From positions 64,001 through 128,000 of the forward strand of contig CAZALK010000002.1 of assembly GCA_964486045.1 (NCBI GenBank): a stretch of 64,000 nt of DNA, read 5' to 3'. The first letter of the stretch is position 1; each line of letters starts with the position of its first letter. Positions 10,156 through 19,613 of this stretch are shown in pieces. The translations under genes were made by a program, and so were the position numbers. Source of the DNA: an uncultured archaeon. Lineage in GTDB: Archaea > Asgardarchaeota > Lokiarchaeia > Sigyniarchaeales > SOKP01. The notes under the pieces are model-generated. The model ran no database searches. It had not been told where the DNA came from and worked only from the letters and a program-made list of their open reading frames with translations.

Positions 10156-10482
10156 ATGTCAATCGAATTAACAAACAAATCCCGGGAATATATTGGTAAG
10201 AAGAATATAAACAATTTGTTTATTGATTTAATTTATATGGAGGAATCCTGTGCACAAATTTATGACCCTAAGATAAGAATAATTGAAAAAAGAGATCTAG
10301 AAAAATTTGAAGATTATGATAATATTTCTATTGATAATTTAACTTTATATATTTCAAATGCATTTACTAAAATTTATGGAAAACTTGACAAATATCTCCT
10401 GGATACAAGTGGGATTGTTAAGAAGAGTTTAGTTCTTAGGAATGTAGACTCAATTATAAGAAATATCTGTAAACCAAAATAA
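10156..10482 (+). CDS. Small hypothetical protein, loosely HesB-like/CC-Se-motif-like
   Basis: 108-aa ORF, IELTNKSREYI start, ESC; first gene before TlpA/ccdA. Confidence 0.5.
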   Translation: MSIELTNKSREYIGKKNINNLFIDLIYMEESCAQIYDPKIRIIEKRDLEKFEDYDNISIDNLTLYISNAFTKIYGKLDKYLLDTSGIVKKSLVLRNVDSIIRNICKPK

Positions 10483-10511
10483 AATCAAAAAGGAATGACG
10501 CTCCTAGAGTT

Positions 10512-11045
10512 ATGAAAAAAAAAATTTCACAAATACTTCCTCTATTTGTTATTGTTTTTGGAGCTATTTTTTTTGTCACCTTTATAGGTTTTGTAGCAAT
10601 ATCCGAATCTGGGAACACGGGATCTAATTTATACAACACAGATTTACCGTATGTAGATATTGACGGAGAGACAATAAGATTAACGGATCATAACGAAAAA
10701 GTCATAATTTTATATTTTTTTTATTTGAGTTGTCCATATTGTAAGATTTCAGATCCTTTTTTAGCAGCTATAGAAGATGATTATTTTAGCAGTCAGTTAT
10801 TAATCATTACTATTACTATTGCTACTGCAGATTCAGACATAAACCTTAATAATTGGAGAAATAACCTTAACGCTTCTTGGAATATTGTTCGTGATGACAT
10901 AAGTCTCACCTACGCCAGTAATTGGGATGTTGCATATACTCCTACAGCAGTAATTATCCATCTAGATAGCAATTTCTTGGAAATAATTGAGGGATCACTT
11001 AATTTTGATGCTAAAGTAAGAAGTGAACTTCAATTATTAATTTAA
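10512..11045 (+). CDS. Membrane-anchored TlpA/ResA/CcmG-like thioredoxin
   Basis: N-terminal TM, DIDGETIRL, CPYC, YTPT cis-Pro loop; followed by ccdA. Confidence 0.82.
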   Translation: MKKKISQILPLFVIVFGAIFFVTFIGFVAISESGNTGSNLYNTDLPYVDIDGETIRLTDHNEKVIILYFFYLSCPYCKISDPFLAAIEDDYFSSQLLIITITIATADSDINLNNWRNNLNASWNIVRDDISLTYASNWDVAYTPTAVIIHLDSNFLEIIEGSLNFDAKVRSELQLLI

Positions 11046-11102
11046 ATTATGAGAATATTTCTCGTCTAAAATCCAAACCAAAGTAATCTAATCCATTTAT
11101 CA

Positions 11103-11846
11103 ATGACAGATGTTTTTATTTTTTTTTTAGTATTAGGTGGTGGAATCCTTTCTTTTATCGCTCCCTGTAATATAGCTGTTTTACCATCTTTTATAAGCTA
11201 CGTTGGAAGTCAATCAAAAACTGCAAAGAAAAGCGCGTTATTGAGTCTATTCTTCTCATTAGGTTTTATTTTTATGTTTACTGTAATCTCTACTTTAATT
11301 ATTATTATTAGTGGTTTTATCAGATACACATTTTGGCTAAAGTTGTTTTCTGGAATAGTATTAATTCTTCTTTCTATCTATCTGTTTTTTTATAAACAGG
11401 TATCATCATCAACTCCTAAGTCGAATCTATCTTTAGAGGAAATAGATAATGAAGGAAATCATGCTCAAGATTTAAAAGGTGGATCGACTATAGATAAATC
11501 TAAAAGGAATTATGAAGGTTATTCAGGATCTTTTTTCCTCGGTTTTTCGCTAGCTTATTCATGGCTCCCATGTGTTACTCCCATTTACATGTCGGTGGTC
11601 ATAATTATTTCAAATCAAGCAGATTTCTTACTTGGTATCATTTTGTTTCTAGTTTATGGATTAGGAATTATGATCCCTTTTATTCTAATTGGAGTTTTAA
11701 TCGGGGTAATAAAGATGAGGTTTCTTGTAAAATTAATGAAAATAGGATCTAAGATTCAGAAAATTTTTGCTTTAATTTTATTTTATATAGGAATTGAGTT
11801 AGTTATGTCTGCGTTTGGGATTCCTGGTTTGATACCTTATTTCTAA
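11103..11846 (+). CDS. ccdA: Cytochrome c biogenesis disulfide reducer CcdA
   Basis: SFIAPC...LP and WLPCVTP motifs; 6 TM; YGLGIMIPF. Confidence 0.9.
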   Translation: MTDVFIFFLVLGGGILSFIAPCNIAVLPSFISYVGSQSKTAKKSALLSLFFSLGFIFMFTVISTLIIIISGFIRYTFWLKLFSGIVLILLSIYLFFYKQVSSSTPKSNLSLEEIDNEGNHAQDLKGGSTIDKSKRNYEGYSGSFFLGFSLAYSWLPCVTPIYMSVVIIISNQADFLLGIILFLVYGLGIMIPFILIGVLIGVIKMRFLVKLMKIGSKIQKIFALILFYIGIELVMSAFGIPGLIPYF

Positions 11847-11959
11847 AGTTTAATGAATTATTAACTCAATTTCTTCCTTCTTAGCTTTCTTACCATATCC
11901 TCAGGCTCAGTTGTCATTTTCTGACATCTTAATAAAACTTTTAGTAAGGGGATATTGAA

Positions 11960-12120
11960 ATCGAGAAACTTAATATCGGCAACCAGATTCCAAGTATCAC
12001 TACGAAATTTAAAACTTCTATTTATGAACTTTAAATGAAATAAGAGAATTAGAAAATGAAGATATTGTAGGTTTATCTAAATTAAAAAAGACAAAAGTAT
12101 TCCGAAATCCCCTTAGATAT
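11960..12120 (+). pseudogene. Frameshifted relic of a leucine-rich-repeat gene
   Basis: Manual translation across a frameshift gives RNLKLLFMNF/NEIRELENEDIVGLSKLKKTKVFRNPL, fitting LxxLxLxxNxIxxL...NPL. Confidence 0.45.
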
Positions 12121-12585
12121 AATTCAATTAAAATCAAAGGATGTTCCGGTTTTTATATAAAATATTAAAGGTTTTAATGGGTTTTAATTATAAATTAATT
12201 TCCTTTTCTTGATTGATAAATTCATTTTAGTAAAATGATCTATATCACCAATTTGTTAAGGATTAAATTATTCATCATCTAAATTTCCTAATTATTGACC
12301 CTAAAATAAATATATCAAATTTTTAATTGTCAGATCTTCTATCTCTTTTTTTTAAAAAAATTTGATCTATATCGGTCTTCTATAGGTTTGAATGATCAAT
12401 TCTGATAATACTTCATGATTAAATAATCCATTTTGATAATAAAATTAGAAAGGGTTTACTAAAAAGTAAGAATAATATACTAAAATCGATGCAGATTTTG
12501 CTAAAAAGTTATAAATGTGTGATCATATTTAATTATTAGAGTTAAAAAAATTTAATTATTCAAAATCTTTGGATGGATAGGAAAT

Positions 12586-13476
12586 ATGAAAAAAAAGGCT
12601 CTTATTATTTTTTTAAGTATCTTTAGTTTAATGATTGCGTTTGCAGCATTTAATGGAACGGCAAGGCCTGGTTATGGTGAAAATCATAGTGCTTGCCATG
12701 ATTCAGCAGGATATACGATTGAAACTAATGTTGAAGGGGATATTCTAGCCACTAATTCTTCAAATGTTGTTTTTAATATAACAGCGACGGGTACTAACTT
12801 GTTTGTGCAAGTAATTCCTGCCGCTGAAGATAATGATCTTTTTGTGATTTCACCCTCTACAAACAGAATAAATGATAGTTCGATAAATGATTTGGACCCA
12901 ACGGCAAATTCGATAATAGTAGAATTTAATGTCACAACACCTGCAACTGATGGTTATTACACTATTTTTATAATTGCAGGTGATGATACAACTGGTTCAG
13001 CCATAGATTTCGCGTATCACCGAATTATTATTAATGTCGGAGATGTTCAGGCACCTGTTGAAGATCCCATTGCAAAAATATTTTCGGCAATATTTGATCA
13101 TCTGGGATTTTACTTAGGGATGCCAGCCCTAATATTCTTATCGCTTGGAACTGTTTTAGTGTTAGTAGATGAGAATAAATTCGTCAAGTCGCATGGATTT
13201 CTTGCTGGAGCTTCTTGGATTTTGACCGTAATCAATGTAACAGCAGCCTTTATAAAAATTGAACCTCAAGCTTGGTTATTGGGTTATGAGTTGATTTATC
13301 ATATTCCTCACATAATTTTAGGAGCTGTAGGGTTAGTAACTGGATTTATTAGTATGTTATTCGGAATTGCAGCTGAACGACGTCCAGCCAGATTATGGGG
13401 ATATATAACATTAATTTGCTGGTGGGCAGCCTTCTTTACAGGTTATTTATTGAAACCTAATCTCTTCATATTTTAA
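12586..13476 (+). CDS. Exported HxxCH Ig/Reeler-like domain fused to a 4-TM cytochrome b561-like domain (copy 1)
   Basis: Signal peptide, GENHSACH, TPATDGYYTIFIIAGD; TM His in FDHLG, KSHG, HIPHIILG. Confidence 0.65.
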   Translation: MKKKALIIFLSIFSLMIAFAAFNGTARPGYGENHSACHDSAGYTIETNVEGDILATNSSNVVFNITATGTNLFVQVIPAAEDNDLFVISPSTNRINDSSINDLDPTANSIIVEFNVTTPATDGYYTIFIIAGDDTTGSAIDFAYHRIIINVGDVQAPVEDPIAKIFSAIFDHLGFYLGMPALIFLSLGTVLVLVDENKFVKSHGFLAGASWILTVINVTAAFIKIEPQAWLLGYELIYHIPHIILGAVGLVTGFISMLFGIAAERRPARLWGYITLICWWAAFFTGYLLKPNLFIF

Positions 13477-13507
13477 CTATTATAATAATTAAAAGTGTAA
13501 TCTTACA

Positions 13508-14995
13508 ATGAGAAAGACAAATAACAAACAAGTTAAAGAAAACAACAAACGAGTAGAAGAAAGGGACCTCGAGAGTCAATTTTTGGATTTTATATCCTCT
13601 TATCATGTTAGCACCAATCGATATGAACTTGAATCTGCTTCGGCTGATCTCACTTCATTACCATCCTATCATTATAAATTCAAAAATAAATATCTTGCAA
13701 GTTATATAGTTCGTCCAGCTAATACTGATGAGCTTTCCTTAGCAATTAAAAAGTGCAGGGATTTAAAAATCCCAGTTACAATTAGAGCTGCCGGTACGTC
13801 TTGCTTTTCTTCAGCAACGCCTTCTAAAGGTGGTGTTATTATTGATGTGCGAAGATTAAACAAAATCGTTGAAATTGACGTAGACAATAAAACAGTTAAA
13901 GTTGGGTCGGGGATTTCATGGCTTAATTTAATAGAAGCACTTGCAGATTATGGACTTGAACCTAAAGTTTTTCCAACAAGCTTTAAGACCTCATGCGTGA
14001 GCGGTTTTATTGCAACCCCGGGAAATGCAGGTATAGGTGTTATTAAATATGGCTCGATGGAGGATTCAATTATTTCATTAGAATTAGTTAAGCCTGACGG
14101 GTCAATAATTAAAATTTCAAAAGATTCCAAGGAAGAAATTTCTATTCATGATGTTATAGGAACATATGGAATTTATGGAGCGGTTGCGAGTGTTGAAATA
14201 TCTATAACTACATTGAAGACTTCATTAGAGATAATTGGTTATGGTTTTGACTCTGTTGAAGAGGCTTTCAACTTTTATTCAATAATTAAAAATAACCTCC
14301 CAAATAAACCCTTGTTCCTCTCAATTTCTGAGAGAAATTTCGAAAAATATTCTCATGTTAATTTCCCTGAAAGTGAATGGTTAGTATGGGCAGTTTTCTT
14401 TGATGATCCTGAGGAAACTTCAAAAAGTGTATCAGACATTAAAGATCATGCTTCCACACTGAATGCTGTTGAGGTTGAAAGTTCATATTTAAAAGAAAAA
14501 TGGCGGGATATTAGCGATGCTGAAGTAGCAATTGGATTATCAACAAGAAATTTAATATTTCAAGAATATTGGGTATCTGATGATAGAATAAAGGATTTTA
14601 TAGAACGTTACGTAAATAATCGAAAGAAATATAAATTTCCTGTTGCTTCTTACGCAATTTCAGGAGAAACGGGATGGACTCGGTTAAAAATCTTTGGACT
14701 TACTGATATCAACAGAACCCGAGAATTTTTCGCTGTTAAAGCTTTCTTACATGATTTGGCTGTTCAAGCATTCAGTCAGGGAGATAGACTCTATACTATA
14801 GGGATTGTCAATACTTTTTACTTACTTAAATTTAAAAAAGAGGAAGTACTAAACTGGAAAGCTTTGAAAGATAAATTAGATCCCCAATACTTGTTTAATT
14901 CACATCGATTAATTAAAGCTAACATGAAATTCTGGCGTGTAGCTCTGTTATTTAAAATGGCTAAAATCATGTACAAAATTTTTTGGAAAAAATAA
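13508..14995 (+). CDS. FAD-binding oxidoreductase, GlcD/D-lactate dehydrogenase (VAO/PCMH) family (copy 1)
   Basis: VRPANTDE, IRAAGTS, GGVIID, GTYGIYGAV, KDKLDPQYLFN. Confidence 0.88.
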   Translation: MRKTNNKQVKENNKRVEERDLESQFLDFISSYHVSTNRYELESASADLTSLPSYHYKFKNKYLASYIVRPANTDELSLAIKKCRDLKIPVTIRAAGTSCFSSATPSKGGVIIDVRRLNKIVEIDVDNKTVKVGSGISWLNLIEALADYGLEPKVFPTSFKTSCVSGFIATPGNAGIGVIKYGSMEDSIISLELVKPDGSIIKISKDSKEEISIHDVIGTYGIYGAVASVEISITTLKTSLEIIGYGFDSVEEAFNFYSIIKNNLPNKPLFLSISERNFEKYSHVNFPESEWLVWAVFFDDPEETSKSVSDIKDHASTLNAVEVESSYLKEKWRDISDAEVAIGLSTRNLIFQEYWVSDDRIKDFIERYVNNRKKYKFPVASYAISGETGWTRLKIFGLTDINRTREFFAVKAFLHDLAVQAFSQGDRLYTIGIVNTFYLLKFKKEEVLNWKALKDKLDPQYLFNSHRLIKANMKFWRVALLFKMAKIMYKIFWKK

Positions 14996-15102
14996 ACTGA
15001 ATGTTAAAATCAAATATAATAAAAAAGGAATAAAATATAACGATTTAATTTAAAATAATAATATTTTCAACTATTAAAGTACAAAAAAAGAGCGAATAAT
15101 AA

Positions 15103-16449
15103 ATGAGTGAAGGTAAAGAAAAGGAGGATTTAAAAAATGTAATTACTTCTGGTCCACCAGTAGCGGGGTTAGTCTCTCCTTCGAAAGAAAATCTTGTTGA
15201 ACCTACAGATCCAAAAGATCCAAAATACTCCTATGAACGTTGTACTCACTGTGGGTATTGTCGCCATGTTTGTAAAGTATATAATGTTTCTTGGAGTGAA
15301 ACTGATTATGCTGGTGGTCGAAACAGAATTATCAAAGCGCTTGATCGTAAGGATATTAAGTTTGACAAAGAAGATATTATCCCTTCTGTTTTTCGCTGTA
15401 TGTTATGTGGAAATTGTGCTGTTGTTTGTCCAGTGGGAGTTGATACTCTAAGTGTATTTCAACACTTTAGAAAAACAGTTGTAAAAAAGGGGGCGATGCC
15501 AGAAAAATTAAAAGTTTTAAGAGGTTCAATTATGGAGAATAATAATCCATTTCTTGAAAAACATGTTGATAGATTCAACTGGTGCGATTCCTGTGAAGAA
15601 GGGGCAAGAGCTTACGAACGTGCAAAACAAACTTCTGCTGTAAATGAGGGAAAACAAAACTCTTATAAGGTTGGCTATTTTACAGGCTGTACTTCTGCAT
15701 ATAGAAATAAGGAACTCGTTTCTGCTACAAGCCAAGTCTTGGAAAAACTAGGTATTGGATTTGTGGTTTTTCCTGAAGAAAAATGTTGTGGATCTGTTTT
15801 ATTTAGAACCGGATTAGAAGATGATGCTCTTGAAGTTGTGAAAAGTAACTATGAAATGATTCAAACCAGTGGGGTAGATGAGGTAGTTTTTTCTTGCTCT
15901 GGGTGTTTTTCAACCTTTATGTTAGAGTATTCTAAATTTGCAGGCGGTAATCTTGGATTCAATCTTTTTCATATAACTCAATACGCCTTAAAAGTTGCAA
16001 AAGAAAAAAATCTAAAGATAAGATATACAAAACGATCTAAAGAGGATCCCTTAATTATAACCTACCATGATCCTTGTCATTTAGGGAGATATTGTGGCGT
16101 TTATGAAGAACCAAGGGAACTTATTCGAAGAATAGAGGGGGTAAAGTTGTTAGAAATGAAACATAATAGAGATATGTCTTGGTGTTGTGGGGCTGGGGGT
16201 GGAGTGAAGGCTCTCTATGGGGATATCGCAGTAGAAGTTGGGAGAGACAGACTAGCTGAAACTCGTGCTTGTATGGTACGGATCCGGGAAGATCGTTTGA
16301 AAGAAGCTTTGGAAACTACTGCTGAAGTCTTAGTTAGTTCTTGTGTTTTTTGCAAGAATAATCTATTCCAAGTAGCAAATGAAGATAATTCGGCTATTAA
16401 AGTCATGGATATCTCACAGCTTTTGGCTGATTGTGAATTTATTAGATGA
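15103..16449 (+). CDS. GlcF/HdrD-like Fe-S oxidoreductase (2x[4Fe-4S] + 2 CCG domains) (copy 1)
   Basis: CxxCxxCxxxC twice, YFTGC, KCCG, YHDPCHLGR, WCCGAGGG, CVFC. Confidence 0.92.
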   Translation: MSEGKEKEDLKNVITSGPPVAGLVSPSKENLVEPTDPKDPKYSYERCTHCGYCRHVCKVYNVSWSETDYAGGRNRIIKALDRKDIKFDKEDIIPSVFRCMLCGNCAVVCPVGVDTLSVFQHFRKTVVKKGAMPEKLKVLRGSIMENNNPFLEKHVDRFNWCDSCEEGARAYERAKQTSAVNEGKQNSYKVGYFTGCTSAYRNKELVSATSQVLEKLGIGFVVFPEEKCCGSVLFRTGLEDDALEVVKSNYEMIQTSGVDEVVFSCSGCFSTFMLEYSKFAGGNLGFNLFHITQYALKVAKEKNLKIRYTKRSKEDPLIITYHDPCHLGRYCGVYEEPRELIRRIEGVKLLEMKHNRDMSWCCGAGGGVKALYGDIAVEVGRDRLAETRACMVRIREDRLKEALETTAEVLVSSCVFCKNNLFQVANEDNSAIKVMDISQLLADCEFIR

Positions 16450-16483
16450 CTCGTGTCAGTTTACTTTAAAATCTTCTAAAATT

Positions 16484-16861
16484 TTAATTCAATGGTTCGA
16501 AACCCACAATATGTGGTGTTTCTGTTAATTTACCGTTAGCCCATACCACTTTAACTTTCATACCAGGCTTTAAATTTTTTGGGTTTGCATTAAATATACG
16601 CATAATAACTGGTGTATCTGATAAGTCAACTTGGACCAAACCAAATAATTCTCGATTTTTTTTTCTTTGTTTTGAATTAAAATCCCCGATAAAGTTTTTT
16701 AACATTCCAGTGGGAGGTAATTCTATAAGTTCTATAGTTTTTTTAAAACAGGTTCGACAAGTTTTTAGGGGTGGAAAATAAATTATTCCACATTTTGTAC
16801 ATTTGGCACCATAAATTATTTTTTCATCCAATCCGTCATAAAACTCATCCAAAATATACAT
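16484..16861 (-). CDS. Zn-ribbon + OB-fold (DUF35/ChsH2-like) protein
   Basis: CTKCG..YFPP...CRTC; LKPGMKVKVVW. Confidence 0.85.
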   Translation of the reverse strand: MYILDEFYDGLDEKIIYGAKCTKCGIIYFPPLKTCRTCFKKTIELIELPPTGMLKNFIGDFNSKQRKKNRELFGLVQVDLSDTPVIMRIFNANPKNLKPGMKVKVVWANGKLTETPHIVGFEPLN

Positions 16862-17275
16862 AATTTTACTTTTCTGCCAATATATATTAATTTAAACTTA
16901 TCTTTCCAATAATAATATGATATTCTACATATTAAAAAGTTTTGATCTTAAACTATCACAATTATATTAGTTAATTATTGAATGATTTTATTAATTTAAG
17001 TAATAAATGTGATATTTTTAGTATGGATTATGTACCAAATTGTTGAAATGACCATCAAAAAACTATTTTGGTTTTTTTTGAGACACAATTTTTTTTATTC
17101 CTTGAATATTCTTAAGAAATTCATCCAATCTGCTATTATTGGTAATTATTAAAAATTAAAGTAAAAAATATATGGTTTAAAATTTTTTTGTTTCATAGTA
17201 TTATAATCTTTTATCAGTAGTACTAATTTTTATCAAATTCTGAAAATTAGAAATAGAAATTTTTGTGTGATTTAT

Positions 17276-18088
17276 ATGGATTTATCCCAAGATCAGATTA
17301 CAAGATACTCGCGTCAAATAGTACTCAAGGAAGTGGGTGGAGTAGGCCAAAAAAAGCTATTAAATTCAAAAGTTACTATAATTGGAAGTGGGGGATTAGG
17401 GTCTCCAGTTGCGTTTTACTTAACAGCTGCTGGAATCGGGAACATACAAATTGTTGATTTTGATACAGTTGACTTATCGAATTTACACAGACAAATTCTT
17501 CACTTTACTAATGATGTAAATAAGAAGAAGACCCAAAGTGCATATGAAAAGTTACATCAATTAAATCCTGATGTAAATATTGAAATTGTGGATGAAGCAC
17601 TTTTTCCGAATAATGTAAAAGAGATATTTAAAGAATCTACCTTTGTTATTGACGGTTCTGATAATATTCCGACTAAAATGCTAGTGAATGATGCTTGTAT
17701 CGGTTTGGGTATTCCTTTTAATATTGCTGGTGTTATTCGATTTAACGGTCAAATTATGACTGTTGTACCTGAAAAAAAAACTTCATGTTACAGATGTGTA
17801 TTTGGTGATATCTCTGAAAACGATCCAACTATGTCATGTTCTCAAGCGGGGGTAATAGGGTTAATACCCGGCATAGCTGGCTGTATCCAAGCTAATGAGG
17901 CAATAAAATATATTTTAAACATAGGAGATTTGATAACTAATAGGATGCTTTTCTTAGATTTATTAAAATATAGATTTAGCTTCATAAAAATAGTTAGAAA
18001 CGAGGATTGCTCTGCATGTGGGGATAACGCAAAAGATTTAGTTGAAACCTATAATTATAAGATCGGTGATGCATGTTTTGGTGAGTGA
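17276..18088 (+). CDS. moeB: ThiF/MoeB/UbaA-family E1-like adenylyltransferase
   Basis: RYSRQI, GSGGLGS, DFDTVDLSNLHRQ, CYRC, SCSQAG, CSAC; alternative GTG start at 17267. Confidence 0.9.
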   Translation: MDLSQDQITRYSRQIVLKEVGGVGQKKLLNSKVTIIGSGGLGSPVAFYLTAAGIGNIQIVDFDTVDLSNLHRQILHFTNDVNKKKTQSAYEKLHQLNPDVNIEIVDEALFPNNVKEIFKESTFVIDGSDNIPTKMLVNDACIGLGIPFNIAGVIRFNGQIMTVVPEKKTSCYRCVFGDISENDPTMSCSQAGVIGLIPGIAGCIQANEAIKYILNIGDLITNRMLFLDLLKYRFSFIKIVRNEDCSACGDNAKDLVETYNYKIGDACFGE

Positions 18089-18335
18089 AAAAGAGAACAA
18101 TAATATTCAAAAGTTAGATATAACTGGGAAAGTTTGTCCGATGACTTTTGTTTATACTAAACTAACTTTAGAAAAAATGAATTCTGGAGAAATTCTAGAA
18201 GTTACATTAGACTTTCCAGCTGCAGTAAAAAATGTGCCTACAAGTTGTGAAAGGCAAAATATAGGAGAATTACTGGATACTAAAACTATCGACAATGAAA
18301 AAAAAGTTTGGATTCTTACAATCAAAAAGATTTAA
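18081..18335 (+). CDS. tusA: Sulfur carrier TusA/SirA family
   Basis: LDITGKVCPMTFV; GTG start overlaps the moeB stop. Confidence 0.88.
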   Translation: MSEKENNNIQKLDITGKVCPMTFVYTKLTLEKMNSGEILEVTLDFPAAVKNVPTSCERQNIGELLDTKTIDNEKKVWILTIKKI

Positions 18336-18347
18336 GGCAAAAATGAT

Positions 18348-19376
18348 ATGACTGAGACTAAGAAGATAAAAAAAGGCAATTTGATCGGGCTTGGGTTAGT
18401 CTCTGGAGGATTAGATAGTTTAACTGCTTGTCTTTTGCTTAAACAGCAAGGGATTGAAATAATAGGACTAAATTTTAAATCTCCCTTTTGTCTTTGTGAT
18501 AAAGCGCTTAGTAATTCAGAATGTGGATTAAATTTATTCCATGAAAAACTTGGCATAAAGGTTTATAATTTATCCAAAGGAGATGATTATCTAGAAATTG
18601 TTCGTAATCCTAAGTTCGGTCACGGTAAGAATCTTAATCCGTGCATTGATTGCAGAATATACATTTTAAAAAAAGCAAAAGAATTTAACAAAAAAATTAA
18701 AGCTGATTTTATTTTCACTGGAGAGGTTCTTAACCAAAGACCTAAATCTCAACATCGGGAGGCACTTAAAATAGTTGAAAAAGAATCAGGACTAGAAAAA
18801 AAGCTATTAAGACCTCTATCTGCCCTAGAAATGGAGCCAACTATTTATGAAGAACAAGGGTTAATAGATAGAGCGAAATTATTAGGGATAAAAGGAAGAA
18901 GTAGAAAAAAACAAGTAGAATTAGCCAAAAAACACGGAATTCTCAACGAATACTATGCATGTGGTGGTTGTTTATTGACAGACATACACTTTTCAAGTCG
19001 GATGAGAGATTACTTTAAATATAACGTCATATTAAGGATGGAAGATGTCAGGATTTTAAAGTACGGACGCCATTTTCGTTTCAATAACTCAAAAATAATA
19101 GTGGGGCGAAATGAAGTAGAAAACAATATACTACTCCAACTTAAAAAACCTGAAGATTTAATATTAGAAGTAAAAACCGAGGTTGGACCAATAACGATAA
19201 TTCAAGGTGAAATAGATGATAACGTATTAAACTTTGCTGCAATGCTCACATTAAAATACTCCGATTTAAAAAGTTCAAAAGGAACAGTAATTTATGGAAA
19301 TAATTATCAAGATTTAGATAAAGAAATTAATGCTGGAATAAGAGACAAAATTATACTAGAAGAATTTAGCTTATAA
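18348..19376 (+). CDS. PP-loop tRNA thiouridylase, ThiI/MnmA-like with C-terminal DUF814-like domain
   Basis: SGGLDS, NPCIDCR, TGEVLNQRP, GGCLLTD, GRHFR, IVGRNE. Confidence 0.85.
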   Translation: MTETKKIKKGNLIGLGLVSGGLDSLTACLLLKQQGIEIIGLNFKSPFCLCDKALSNSECGLNLFHEKLGIKVYNLSKGDDYLEIVRNPKFGHGKNLNPCIDCRIYILKKAKEFNKKIKADFIFTGEVLNQRPKSQHREALKIVEKESGLEKKLLRPLSALEMEPTIYEEQGLIDRAKLLGIKGRSRKKQVELAKKHGILNEYYACGGCLLTDIHFSSRMRDYFKYNVILRMEDVRILKYGRHFRFNNSKIIVGRNEVENNILLQLKKPEDLILEVKTEVGPITIIQGEIDDNVLNFAAMLTLKYSDLKSSKGTVIYGNNYQDLDKEINAGIRDKIILEEFSL

Positions 19377-19613
19377 CGAATTCTATTGTTTTTTTGAAGT
19401 TTAACAACTGAGCTGAGAAGGGGTAATTTTCTCTTAATAATAATTTCATTTCAGCTTTAAATATGTGTGATTAAGATTTTTCCTTGAGAAATCAATTTGT
19501 GTGTATAAACATTACGTATTTATCGCATTTAGATAATATATAAATAAAGCTTCTATTTCTATTGACATACAAGAGAACTTAATATTATTCTAACAAATTT
19601 AGTGTGTATTATT

